NCBI GenBank assembly: GCA_964658305.1
Contig: OZ210885.1
Location: 19,220,001-19,284,000 of the forward strand
DNA length: 64,000 nt
Direction of reading: 5' to 3'
Origin: Leptogorgia sarmentosa
Taxonomy: Eukaryota
Position 1 is the first letter of the stretch. Each line of letters opens with the position of its first letter. Positions 36,615 to 48,895 of the stretch are shown one piece after another. The notes below the pieces were generated by a model that saw nothing but the letters and a program-made list of their open reading frames with translations, searched no databases and was not told the DNA's origin. Position numbers and translations under genes: made by a program.

Positions 36615-37224
36615 ATGGAAAATATTCACGAAAATCAAGTTGAGGAGGTACTCCCTTACCAATTTGAACCAGAAGCGCTAGGGAATCGTAGTAATACTAG
36701 CGAAGAAAGCGATTCAGATCAAAGCAGCGATCTGTCTTTGTCTGATGAGGAAGTCGATCATGAATTCATGATTGCAAATGCTTGGCGCCTTGAAACCCTT
36801 AGCTGGTGTAAATGTGGGCATTGTACCTAATCAACAAAGGCAATTGAATGTTTCTGTTGCCACTAAAAAGCCCTGGAGTACGACGATTATGATGTACTTT
36901 TGAATTAAACAGAGTCGCAAGGGAATATGTGTTTGACAACACATCCAGATTTCAAAGGCAACATGCTATCGGAAAGTGTGCTGAAGATTGATGTTTCCCG
37001 ATACTTGGAAGAAAATTGGCCGCTTGATGATGCAGATCTTGAAGATACACAAGCTGTATCGACTGGTTGCGTATCAGAGATGCTCTCGTTGGGTATTTCA
37101 AATTTTGGGAAAGAAAAATCGAAGACCTTTCCCTGCTTGTATTTATTCAAAAATACGAGAAAGATTCGCCTCCCCCGATGGACTTTACACGCATTTCAAA
37201 TATGCAAAAACATCGAAAAGGTAA
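36615..37224 (+). pseudogene. KolX-type Cys-rich protein resembling the P2X7 C-terminal ballast / Nanor domain
   Basis: PYQFEP, WCKCGHC, ECFCC, CLTTHPDF, YRLVAYQRC..W..LGKKNRRPFPAC..IRERF..PDGLY. Contains stops and a frameshift. Confidence 0.8.
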
Positions 37225-38597
37225 TCTCATATTTTAATACTGGCCATTCTCGCAATACTAGTCACATAATCTAAAACCCCAAATAATTTATAAATTCTAT
37301 TTACATTGTATATTTGTATTCCAAATCCCACAAACTACATACATAACATCGCCAAACAAGACAGTATGAAGATCTGTCTCACTCTCTTTTTTTGCACTTT
37401 TCAAACTGGCATTTACAATTGTCACCACATAATACATCTTGTGCCCTGCAATTACACTTCCTTGTTGCACATTTCCCTTTACATGAGCAAGGCCTTTTGT
37501 CTGATACTCTCTCTCTATTTGTAGGTAGTGCTGGTTTGCTGAACCGGGTTTTTCGGCTTGAAACCACCTGTTCCTTAGACATCCTCTCCTTGCCTTCCAA
37601 ATACTGCCTCCACAAGTGTCCGTGGTTCAGGAGGTAGTACAGCATTTCTATGAGCTTCGGCCTTCTCCAACGTTTGGTACAAATTCCGTAAATGGACTAC
37701 CTCATTTAAGATTAACTGCACATATCCTATACAATTGAATTATAATAAACCAAATTTAGCAATTGTCTGCTATTTGCATTGTAGTGAATTAATACAACTT
37801 GAATTGCTTATATCTATTAAAATGAAAAAATTACTATAGGTTGGTTTTTCCTTCAATGGTTTTGCCACTGCCTTTTCTCCCTTGAAAGCTTTAGGATACG
37901 AAATTGACCATCTAAGTTTCCCATCAGAGGTTGTTGCTTGCTGTCTATTGCTATTTTCATTGTAGTGCAAGTTTGAACAGTACAATCTGTTAGAAACATT
38001 TAAAAAATCAGTGTTAGAAAATGGGTCACTTACATACTAAACCACTATTGTTATTATCATGCATGGCAGAACACACCTTGCACTCAATGAATGGTAGGAA
38101 TGGTATGTGTTCTTTGATGCCATTAGGTTGTCAAGAGCATGTTTCGCCTCCAAACCAGATGTCTGATGGTATTGGGAAAGTTTGCGGATTGTGGTGATCA
38201 ATCTTGGCTTCAAGAGCATCTCTGTCAACATTTTGTAAGCAGCAGATCCTGTAACATAAACGAAATATGAATAAGTTAACAAAATTAATAATTGTTGCAA
38301 ACATACTAAGGCCCATAACCTATACCTATAAATCACCAAAAGTACAACATTGTTTCTCATAAACAAATTACTCAACCTTGTTTGAGCCATTCTCGCTGGA
38401 GTTCACCATGACAACATTCAACAAATATCTTATTGCCAGCATGTTTGTGAATGTTGACGATGTGGTTGAGTAGGCTCCGCCATTTTTCTTCCCTCTCATC
38501 AGCTGTTTTGCTCGAGTCACCAACCCAGTATATATGGTTAACTATTGACTATAACATACATGAGACATAATTTAAATAAAATTCGTTTTTGGTGATA

Positions 38598-40497
38598 CAC
38601 CATTTGCCCTTCATTACGCGAAAAGAGAATCTCATTACGATAATCTTGCACCTTCAGCAATACAAGTGCGAATATCAATAACACATTATGTGAAATTCAC
38701 TAAGCATGGAAAAAAATTCAATAGCAACAATTTTCGTGATCATGCGTAAAAGTTGAAAAACACAAATCAAAGATGGAAATTCAATAAGAATACAAAGGAT
38801 ATTCAAAAAAACAAAAGACGTTTTCACGTGAATACAAGGAATGTTCAATTAGAGAAAAAAGTAAGTTCAATAAGGTTGAATACGAATATATACTCAAGGG
38901 AAAGCAGTGTGTAACAGGGGACGAGTAAATGAATTTTGCTGGTTACTTCATTTGCATTGGGAAAGTTGGTTTAAAATCGACGCTTGTGAAATCAGCTTTA
39001 CACATTTTTGTGAGTTTGTTGTGTGTTGAAGTACATATACACTGTCAGTATGGCGCAACGTCAGAGAAATATCATATCACAAGAAGACAAGGAACGATTG
39101 GTTAGAGCATTCGAGGAACAGGATCAGGATTACCTAGCTTTGGCTGATACGTTAGCAATAAATCGCTCAACTGCCAGGAGTATAATCACTTGATATCTGT
39201 GTGAAGGAAGAATTGCAGAACAGCCACGCGGAGGACGCCGCAATGTTCGATTTGATGAAGACATGACAAGGTGTGTTCAAAGAATTATTGATGAAGATTG
39301 CACTTTGACACTACGGGCCATAAATACAGAATTAAGATGCCGATTGCCTGAGAAGCCACAAGTTCACGAAAGAACCATTGGTAAACATTTGGATGGAATG
39401 CTGTACTCGTTAAAACTATCGCGAATACTTCCAGCTGATCGTAACAGGCCAGACGTAATTGAGAGACGCCACGAGTATGGCAACTGGTTCTTAGAAGAGG
39501 CGAATATTCATCATCCTGTCTTCATAGACGAATGTGGTTTCAATATTTGGACAGCCAGAAGTCAAGGTCGGGCTCGCGTTGGAGAACATGCTTATCGCCA
39601 AGTGTGTGGACAAAAAGGGCGGAACCTTACCATTTGCCTTGCGGTGTCTCAAGTCTTTGGTTTGGTGCATCACACAGTTCGGATGGGTGGGATGACAAGA
39701 GAATCCTTCACTGAGTTTCTCGCAGATACTGCCACCCATCTTGACGAAAGTGAAATTCATTATCTCATTTTTGATGGAGCACCAGCACATCGACGACCTG
39801 AGCAATCAAGGGACAACGTAAACGTGCGTATATTGCCACCATACTCACCATTCCTAAATATTGTGGAGCAAGCGATAAGTTGCCTGAAGGCCAGCATTAA
39901 AGCAGATATTTCACGCCCTGTAATGCAACAACGCTTTGCTGACAGAAATGCGGCAAGAAATGCCCACCTTCCCCTTGGTGAATATAGAAAACAACTGCTT
40001 GCTGAAGCTGTGGAAAGAAATATCGGATCAATTACAATTCCTAAATGTGGTGCTTGGTTCCGGCATATGCAGACCTATATTCCACCATGCCTTGCTAGGG
40101 AAAACATTAATGGGTAAGTGTGTTACATGTACAGTATAATATAATTGTGTGTATGTGTAATGTGTAGAGAGCGAGTATTGACTCAATGTTGACTCAAACC
40201 ACATTGCATATTATGTGTTCGCTTTTTTCAACTTACTTTTTTCTGTAATTGAACATTCCTTGTATTCACGTGAAAACGTCTTTTGTTTTTTTGAATATCC
40301 TTTGTATTCTTATTGAATTTCCATCTTTGATTTGTGTTTTTCAACTTTTACGCATGACCACGAAAATTTGTGCTATTGAATTTTTTTCCATGCTTAGTGA
40401 CTTTCACATAATGTGTTATTGATATTTGCACTTGTATTGCTGAAGGTGCAAGATTATCGTAATGAGATTCTCTTCGCGTAATGAAGGGCAAATGGTG
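38598..40497 (+). mobile_element. IS630/Tc1-superfamily transposon, full length, in a Kolobok intron
   Basis: About 270-bp TIRs starting CACCATTTGCCCTTCATTACGCG. TA TSD at 38596-38597 and 40498-40499. Confidence 0.97.
39050..40117 (+). pseudogene. IS630/Tc1-like transposase (DD30E) with one in-frame TGA at 39191
   Basis: ATG 39050 is in frame with ORF 39263-40117. Motifs FIDECGF, IFDGAPAH, LPPYSPFLNIVE. Confidence 0.92.
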
Positions 40498-42583
40498 TAA
40501 TACCTCCCGCTTATTTAATTACTTACCCCAATCCATGGTTTAATCGATTGAAATTTTTTCTTCTTCACCAGCTTTTGCAATTTCTTCTTTTCACCTTCAA
40601 AATTAGAGTGCATTTGTATATAAATTGAGACCCGCATTGCCTGTTAATTATGACTTAGATTGCTTATGGCTGTCCTGGACTGTACTGCATATATTACCCC
40701 TCCTAAGTACCTACTCAACTAGTTACCTTTTGCGACATGCCAGACGTCATAGGAATGTTCAACATCTGTTTTCTCATTTGCCATATATGCTGAAACTTGA
40801 ACATGCCGATCTGTAACTAACTTGGTCACCTGAACATTACTCTCCTCCAGATACTTCATCTGTCGTTTCAGAGATTCCAGTTCCATGGCATTAGAATTTT
40901 TCACCTCTGTTGACTGTAAATAATAATGATTATAAAATAACTCTACGATCGTAGAAAAACTTTTCTATGAATTGAACGTAATCAATCATGACCCCTGGGG
41001 TGGGGATAATATCAAGTCCCGGAGAACATGAAGAGATAACTGATCCCGCGTATACCTTAATTACTTGTGTATCCAGGATGATATTTCGTCCCATGTCAAG
41101 CGTAATACCAGAGCCAAAAAGACCACTGTGGCCAGGGCTGTCAACACGCATGTCAGATGCAACCACTATTTGTTCCCCTTCGATTTCTTTCATTCGCGCA
41201 TTTTGTTCCGTTCGCCAAACACTGTAGATACCAGGGATAACGTAATTTTTGAAAATATTAGAGAGCTCCCGCTGCTTCACATTTGGAATCTTTAAACAGT
41301 CGAAGAGGCGTAGAACTTTACTTGTCTCCATTCCTGTGGCAAGAATTCCTGAGGCGAGAAGTAAATGGAACGTAGGCATTTTGTTGGTTAGGGGGCCAGT
41401 TGTCCACTTGTAGTAATGGGTGTTTTCAACCGTACATGAGGAACAGATTTTGCAGCATGACCCGATCTGACTTTCCACTGTTATAGTAGTCTTCGAACCG
41501 CACTGATAGCATTTCCCAAAAACGTGTAAAATTGCTTCCTCGAACACAACAAACTTCATCTGGTCTTGTGGTGGTTTCCCCTCAATCAGAATTGTGCGCT
41601 CGACTAAATTGCAGTCTGTCTTGTCGAGGTTCTCGTCGCTTTCATCACTAGATGATGGTTCGATTGATGGACCAGAGGATTCCTCGCTAACGCCACTATG
41701 GACGCTCTGTACATCGACCTCAGTAGCTGTGTCTGTTGGAATGTTTTCCTCCAGCGCGGTATCGGTCTCAGTTGTGTTTAGGTCTGTGGTGTTGGTAGCT
41801 TTATCCACCAGTTGCACTTTACTGTGAAAAAACGTCTGCGTTTTTGTCGATTTCGATTTTGGTTTCAGGTTGGCCTGTGTTGACCGTTCTCTAGTGATGG
41901 ACATCAACGTTTCTGTGAAGCTCGTGTCTCTTGACGTACCCTCCTCCGGATCTAATTCTGACTCTTCCGAAGATTCCACACTCACCGGCGCAGCGTAGTC
42001 GTCATCTTCCTCTTCGTCCTCTGCGTCTGTTATGCCTGTCGATGTTTCGGCTTCGTGGCATACGAGGTCAGATATAGCCTATTTTTTAATATGATATATA
42101 ATTTGGTTTTCGAAACAAATAGTATACTATTTCTCAATGCTCGACTTCATGCTCAGTTTATTTATGGTATGGCAATGTTGATCAGCGCCCCACGCCAAGC
42201 TGAAAGCTTGGCGTGGAGTTGCGGCGCACGACTCACCCGAATTCTGGGGTGGGTGGGTCGCTCGCCACTTGCTTCTCAACGGTGTAACTGAACAAGAGCC
42301 GAGTTTATGGCGTTTTCCACCTTTTATAGCTTTGTTACCCATTCATGCGCATAATCTATGCCATTATGCTTGATAATACCTTTGTTTGTCCTTAATTTGT
42401 TGTTCGCATATCATTACGAGCATTGAGAATAGTATACTATTTCTCAATGCTCAACTTCATGCTCAGTTTATTTAAGGTATGGCAATGTTGATCAGCGCCA
42501 GCGTCCAACCTGATCCTTTTTCTCTATACGCCCATCCTCATCCCAACTACCTATCGAACCAACCCCAACATACACTCTCATTC

Positions 42584-42757
42584 ACCCAATCCTCATTCCT
42601 AAACCCAATCCTCATTCCTTAACCCAATCCTCATTCCTTAACCCAATCCTCATTCCTTAACCCAATCCTCATTCCTTAACCCAATCCTCATTCCTTAACC
42701 CAATCCTCATTCCTTAACCCAATACTCATTCCTTGACCCAATACTCATTCCTTAACC
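42584..42757. repeat. 19-bp minisatellite (AACCCAATCCTCATTCCTT), about 9 copies
   Basis: Read directly. Confidence 0.95.
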
Positions 42758-43399
42758 CCCCAAACTAAATTTCCTCCTGAACGCTGGGCGGTCAGAGTCA
42801 TACGACATTTGTTGGTAGGTTCCTTTAAAATGCTGAAAATAGGGGAAAACCGAGACCCTAAGTTCAATCCAAGTTAAAACTTCCACATGATTGGGAAAAG
42901 GATTGCACGAGGCCATCGCCGTCCACGATTGGACATGATTATGCCGTTCCCCCACATGGAACGTCCGGGGATCCCGTATGAGTATTGACATCTCCCGACG
43001 CCAGGCCTTTTTCTACCTGGGAAACGTGTGCAACAAGATCCTGCTTGGGCGTCATATCCTTACCGACCAACACGGGGTTGCCGGAAGAATTAACCCATTG
43101 CATGACAGGCATCTGCGCCACCGATTCCTCGAGTTATTTTTCAAATCAGACACTTACGGTAGCGGTAGGTACCCGTCCCTACAACAAACAAACGAAGTCC
43201 CTAGATCTGACCCCGAAAAGGTTGGCAAGGACATGATCGCCAAGACCCCGCGAACGCAGGGAGGGCTTGCTGAGATACCCTGTTTCAAAGCGCTCATATC
43301 CCCGGACCCGCAGGAAAAGACCGAGTGGACCCCACCTTCAGGTTCCTGTGTAGAAGGAACCACCGCAATGTCGCTCTGGCGAACGCTCACCCATATAAC

Positions 43400-44072
43400 C
43401 TCTATAAACTCGTGCCTGGCGAAACCTCGGCCACGTCAACCACTGTAATTGCTGTGTGGCGAAATCTCGCCCCCACAGCATCTATAAGCTTGTCGCTCGC
43501 GAAATCTCGCGCCTATTGACGACTGGAAACTCGTGCCTGGCAAAACCTCGCCCAAGCCAACCACTGTAATTGCTGTGTGGCGAAATCTCGCCCGGACAGC
43601 ATCTATAAGCTGGTCGCTCGCGAAATCTCGCGCCTATTGACGACGGCAAACTCGTGCCTGGCGAAACCTCGCCCACATCAACCACTGTAATTGCTGTGTG
43701 GCAAAACCTCGCCCACACCAACCACCGTGTTTGCATTGTGGCAAAATCTCGCCCCCACAGCATCTATAAGCTGGTCGCTCGCGAAATCTCGCGCCTGTTG
43801 ACGACGGCAAACTCGTGCCTGGCGAAATCTCGCCCACGTCAACCACTGTAATTGCTGTGTGGCGAAATCTTGCCCATATAACATCTAACTCGTCGCTCGC
43901 GAAATCTCGCGCATAGTGAACGACTGTATCAGCTGGGCCAAATTCTGCTGAATTTAGCTACAGCACGTCATCTCTGGCGAAATCTCGCCCACAGTAACCA
44001 CTGTAATCTCATCTCTGACGAAAGCCCGCTGATATCAAGCACGGTGACCTCACCACTGGCGAAATCTCGCCC
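43400..44072. repeat. Complex tandem repeat; about 120-bp higher-order unit built from about 40-bp GCGAAATCTCGC subunits
   Basis: Recurring GGCGAAATCTCGCCC, ACCACTGTAATTGCTGTGTGG and CATCTATAAGCT. Confidence 0.9.
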
Positions 44073-47000
44073 ATATCACACAAGTTGGGCGCGTTCATAA
44101 CGAATAATTATGCATAGACATCATGTTTTCTCGGCCTGACGAGCAAATCACCAACACTGCATGAGTGAATACAAAAGCAACTAATCGCGATGTAATCATG
44201 CAGAACTTCACCCGAATCAGCGGGACAGGCCATGCTGAAACAATGAAATTGTCCAAGACAAATACAATGAACAGCATGAAAACCTGCCGGTAGAACCGTG
44301 ATCAGCAGATCGACAATCCAGCGAAGGAGAAAATTGACGAGCGTAACGACGGCTCAGCCGGGAACCGATGTGAGGCAGTAAAATCACAAATGTCTGAAAT
44401 GACAAGAGGGAATAAGGATTGTAATTACTTTAAATATTGCAGATCCTCCAACTCATTGTCGTTTGGCACTGGGCGTTTGGATTTGCCACTGGCGGCGCGG
44501 GATCGGCTTGTCCGACTTGAGCGTCCATCGGTTCTTGAAGAGGTTCCTCGGGGAACTGAACGTGTTCTTCGGCAATGATAGAATTCGGGTGAGTCGTGTT
44601 CCCTTCCAACAAAAGATCACCACTTGCTTCTCAGTTTATGGCGTTTTCCACCTTTTATAGCTTTGTTACCCATTCATGCGCATAATCTATGCCATTATGC
44701 TTGATAATACCTTTGTTTGTCCTTAATTTGTTATTTGCATATCATTACGAGCATTGAGAATAGAAAATACAGTCTATGCATGCTTACTGATTTTGAAGAG
44801 AGAATAATTACCTTCTTTTGCTGCCTTCATGTCGAGGCTTGACCCCAACAATGCCAAGGGTTTACTCAGTGTTGGCAAAGCATCTTTTTTCAGACGTACT
44901 CTAAACGATTCCTTGCACTCAATTTGTTGGAGAAACTGTGGCGAATTCCCTTGTTCGTACGCGTCTTCTGCAAAATGCAGCGAGCATATTTTCGTACAAT
45001 TTGTTGGCTTGAACGCTTTTCGTTTGCAAAATTCAATCCATGCTTTTCGTCTGTACTGTTGGTCTGCTGATTTTGCATTTGGAAAGGCAAAAAAATGGAT
45101 TCCGGTAGACTTCGCTTTTTTTAAATCACTGTTACAACCATACACCGCACAGTACGCCATGACTTCACGTTTGAATGAAGCAGCTTAATGTGTTTGTGGT
45201 GTATATATAGAGCTATCTCGCAAACAATGCATGCTGTTTTGCAGTTTTGGCAAGTATTACCGGAAAGCAAAAACATGTGAAAGTTTAGATAAAGATAATC
45301 AGGAAAACAGCTGTGAAATATTTAATTTTTTCTTTGCTTACTGTCGAACTAAATTCACAGATCATATTTTTTCAAACTTGGTGGTCACGCACAGCCCATA
45401 GGTGATGTCAACAGGTGCTAACCACCCCAACTGAACATGTACTGGTGTGCACTACCAGCGCTAAGGCCCAAACTTGTGCTAAGGTCGTTACTATACAGTG
45501 TCCGAAGATCTACAGTAGACTTGCCCTAATTTTTTCGATAATATTTTCCAACTTTGCTGGTCCGTGACAAAAAGCATGGCATATCCCATCAAGACGGATA
45601 TATCTTTTGCAACCCCCGCTGTAAATCGGGAGCGCTCACGCAATAGCAGCACCACCGAACCCACTGATACAAATAAACATTTTGTGTACAAAGTTAAAGT
45701 TTATGTGAATGACTATCGGTGGCGTTCGTTATAGTATAGAATTTCTTAAATGACAATAACAAGTTATTTCTACAATACAATATATGATGGGTTGATGCAT
45801 GTGTGTCGTAAATGTCTATTGTCTGGGGAGCATATATGTTGTCAAAGTCTAAGTTCGTTTTAACAGCGCAAACACGCGCGTATGTTCCAAATAACGTCGT
45901 GAAAATATTGGCAGACACTTGATACCAGGCAACGAATTTCAATTTTTTGCGGTTTATAAGTAGTTTTTCGATAAAATGATTTTAGAGCAACTTTAGTGCT
46001 AAAGTCATGTACATCGTATAGTTGTATTTTGCGTCGAACCCATCTTATGACGTTACATAATAAATTCTGCATAAATTAGCATAAGCGGTTTTTTTCAAAA
46101 TGGCGGACGACTGTTGAACATTTTCATCAATTTTCGCAGCAACTAAACGCTTTGGGCAGCTTAAACTAGGAAATTAAGTATTCCGTAGGCGTGGTCTATC
46201 AATATGGGAAATAAAAATTTTCGTTGCCAATGTCCTTTAAGTCCGCCGTTGCCGATCCCAAGCCCGGATGAAAAAGGAAGAGGGTTGGTTAATGTTATGG
46301 GTAAAAAACCGCACCCCGTAAAACAATTTACGTTGTGAATACGACCTTAATGTAAGTATGGTGATGTTGTAATATTCTGTTATAACGTTCATTAGTATGT
46401 TCTTAAATATTTGGCTCATTGAGTGTGTTAGGGTTAGGCAAGAGGTTGTAGGCTCGCTAAAATATGGCAGAATTAACGACCAATAATACATATAATTCGA
46501 TGCTCGGAATGCAGGAAATGGCATTTCCGGGAGGGGGGGGAATGGACTCCCCTAAATATGGCTGTATCATAACCCGCCATCGTCAGATTTTATTCTGGAT
46601 CCGCCATTGTTATACATGTGCTATTATGTGGAGTGATGAGGATGTTTTGGCCAGGATTGTCTGAAAATGATCAAAGTTCTGGCATGCATAAATCATTTGT
46701 TTTACCACGACTTCTTTCAGGCTTTCGGAGAAGGAAGTTGGTTACAACTTTTGGAGTGAATAGAATGATGTCACATATTAATTATCTAATTAAATACAGC
46801 ATGAATATAGCAAATTTGTAGTAGATTAATAATGTGTGGTAAGAGACTTTCACCAGAAAAGGTTGCATATTTATGGCTTTTGCTGAACGAAAACAAGTGG
46901 AATGTGACTGAAATATGTAGGAATTAGAGATATCTCTTTCTTGCACATAATATAATTATAAAAAGAGTGGTTTGCAAAAGTTTGCCATTCATATTGCCAG

Positions 47001-47507
47001 TGGTTACTCCAATCTGTGTACTGACAGTTTGTGAATTTTTTTTCATTTTAAAGCGAGCGGCCATTTTGTATTTTTGTGACTTTGTGGTATATTTTGTCTT
47101 GATTGGTCACATGCTTCAATGTGCTTTTAAAATGTTCATTGTTGGTAAGGTAAGCAGCATGCAGAGAATAGGTAGTTAATTTAAAAGGCCCAAAATAGGA
47201 TTCTATCGCAGTCAAAGTGACGGTTGCAGAGCTAAAAGAAGCACAGGAACTTCAGTTTCGTCAACTTCACCAAACGTATTTGTATTTCTCATACTTCCTC
47301 AAACTGTCCTGGTTTGTTGTTTGGTAATTGCAGGACTTAAATATGAACAAGATTTCTGAATCTCATTCCAATCAGGCCGAGTTCTGAATTGATGAAGAAA
47401 ACAGGGATGTTAGTATTATAAAAAATACACCTCAGAGAATAGCATCAAGACTGTAAACTCAAGATATGAGCAATAACAATGTGATAACTATCTTACAACG
47501 CTTGTAC

Positions 47508-48654
47508 CAACCTCGTACCCAGGCTCTTACCTCCGCTACCCGCCCCGCTACGGAAAGACCCTGGTATCGGCTGGTCACGTGTCTCCCAGGATCTGGGAGA
47601 TAACAAAAAAAATACATTAGGGTAGGTGGCCGAGTAGCATTATTGATATGCCAGGTAAATGCCTGACAATTTTTTGTGAAACGTTCATACACAGAGAAAG
47701 AATTTTGCATTTGTCTCTGCGACTCTGCGTTCTTTGCTGTACAGGAAGTATGATATAGCATTGCTTATATAGCAAAGCATATCAAATTACATATCAAGAC
47801 ATGTGCTATTGCGCTTTTGTCTCGAAGTTCAGTTCATTTACCGGCGGAATGGCTTCGAAGGAACCCCCCAAAAAAGTGTATCCAGCTACAAATACTTCTA
47901 TAGATTCGTCTGCTTGTCGACTTTGCAGAGCTGTTGGCGACACAAGTCACCGCAAGAACATATTCAAGCCCTCAAATCGAACATTGCTGAAGATTGCCGA
48001 ACAAATTTGCGGGCATCCAATTGTTTACGAGGTCAATTTGCCACATCTAATATGTAGACCATGCAAGCGCAGACTAAATAATACTGTGGCTTTTCAAAAG
48101 ATTATTGTGGAAACTGAGCAGTTATTTCACCAAAGTCAGTCAAGTCAAAGCCGTTTCAAACGATGTGTCGAGGTTTTTCCCAACCACCTGGTTTATGTCC
48201 ACCTGGAAACGCTGGTTTATATTGTTTTAGGAGCATAGCAAACCCGAAAAGTGTCAAATATTCAGTAGTTCAATCAAGTTTTACAAATATAGCAACTCAA
48301 AATGTAAACGTAAACAAAGCGTTTGTTTACATTAGGGACTGTAACCCCCCTTTAAGTCGACTGTTTTTTTATCCAGTTATACTTACAGCACATGCAAGAC
48401 TGCGAGTTCGCGCAAACAATGCTAAATTAAAATTGTTGACAGAATAATTTGCATGCAGGAATATGTAAATTGTATTTAATAGTCAAAATGGCTACAATAT
48501 TTACGTGAATGTCTACCGCGAGTGGGCCAAATTTGGGATTGGGCACCCACCCTCCCACGGGAGTAGAATTGTCATGCTATCACGTGACCAGCCGATACCA
48601 GGGTCTTTCTGTAGCGGGGTGGGTAGCGGAGGTAAGAGCCTGGGTACGAGGTTG
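47508..48654 (+). mobile_element. Non-autonomous AcademH-like deletion derivative
   Basis: About 74-bp TIR CAACCTCGTACCCAGGCTCTTACC..GGTCACGTG. Perfect 9-bp TSD CGCTTGTAC (47499-47507, 48655-48663). Internal zf-AD-like ORF CRLC..ICRPCKRRL. Confidence 0.9.
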
Positions 48655-48895
48655 CGCTTGTACTTGTTTACAAGATGTTATTATTCTCAACACTCGTAAT
48701 ATATGCGAAAATGGATTAGGCAATATGTAACGCCAAATAAGGTGTTTTAGGTATTAAATTTGAATGGGAATGAGGGAACTAGGGTATAAAAGGGAGAATA
48801 CACTCGGTTCTGGCTCAGTTAATTGCAAGTCAGTGACAAAGTGGAAAGGGAGCGACAGATTGGCAGAGAACAGTACCGCACGAATTTTCCACGAG

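Larger units (their letters stand above)
42118..44763 (-). mobile_element. Internally deleted DIRS-order (Ngaro/PAT-like, split direct repeat) retroelement in Kolobok intron 1
   Basis: Repeat A at 44633-44763 and 42302-42432. Repeat B at 42428-42499 and 42118-42189. Order on the minus strand is A..B-A..B. ORF scraps (EEHVQFPEE..; LIRDPRTFHVGE..EVLTWI..VSVFPYFQHFKGTY..YDSDRP) are homologous to the element at 48682. Confidence 0.85.
37379..45160 (-). pseudogene. Kolobok THAP-DDE transposase, multi-exon; exon boundaries only partly resolved and intactness not established
   Basis: THAP exon from 45160 (CAVYGC..W..CSLHF..ALPT). DMRVDSPGH (41150), TDRH..DVWHVAK (40740-40810), TSGLEAKH (38150), LHYNEN (37960), C-terminal CXC CSCKGKCATRKCNC. 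Confidence 0.85.
36316..46236 (-). mobile_element. Kolobok transposon, both ends present, hosting Tc1-like and Ngaro-like insertions
   Basis: 27-bp TIR AGGACATTGGCAACGAAAATTTTTATT. TSD TTAA at 36312-36315 and 46237-46240. Two convergent genes. Confidence 0.93.

Noticed and set aside
42130..42300. Hammerhead ribozyme near the hairpin of the Ngaro-like element
   Set aside because: CTGATCA is present but not the CTGANGA core, and I could not build the three stems.
43400..44072. Regularly spaced GCGAAATCTCGC palindromes as a CRISPR array
   Set aside because: The intervening sequences are themselves repeated rather than unique spacers, there are no cas genes, and the context is a eukaryotic retroelement.
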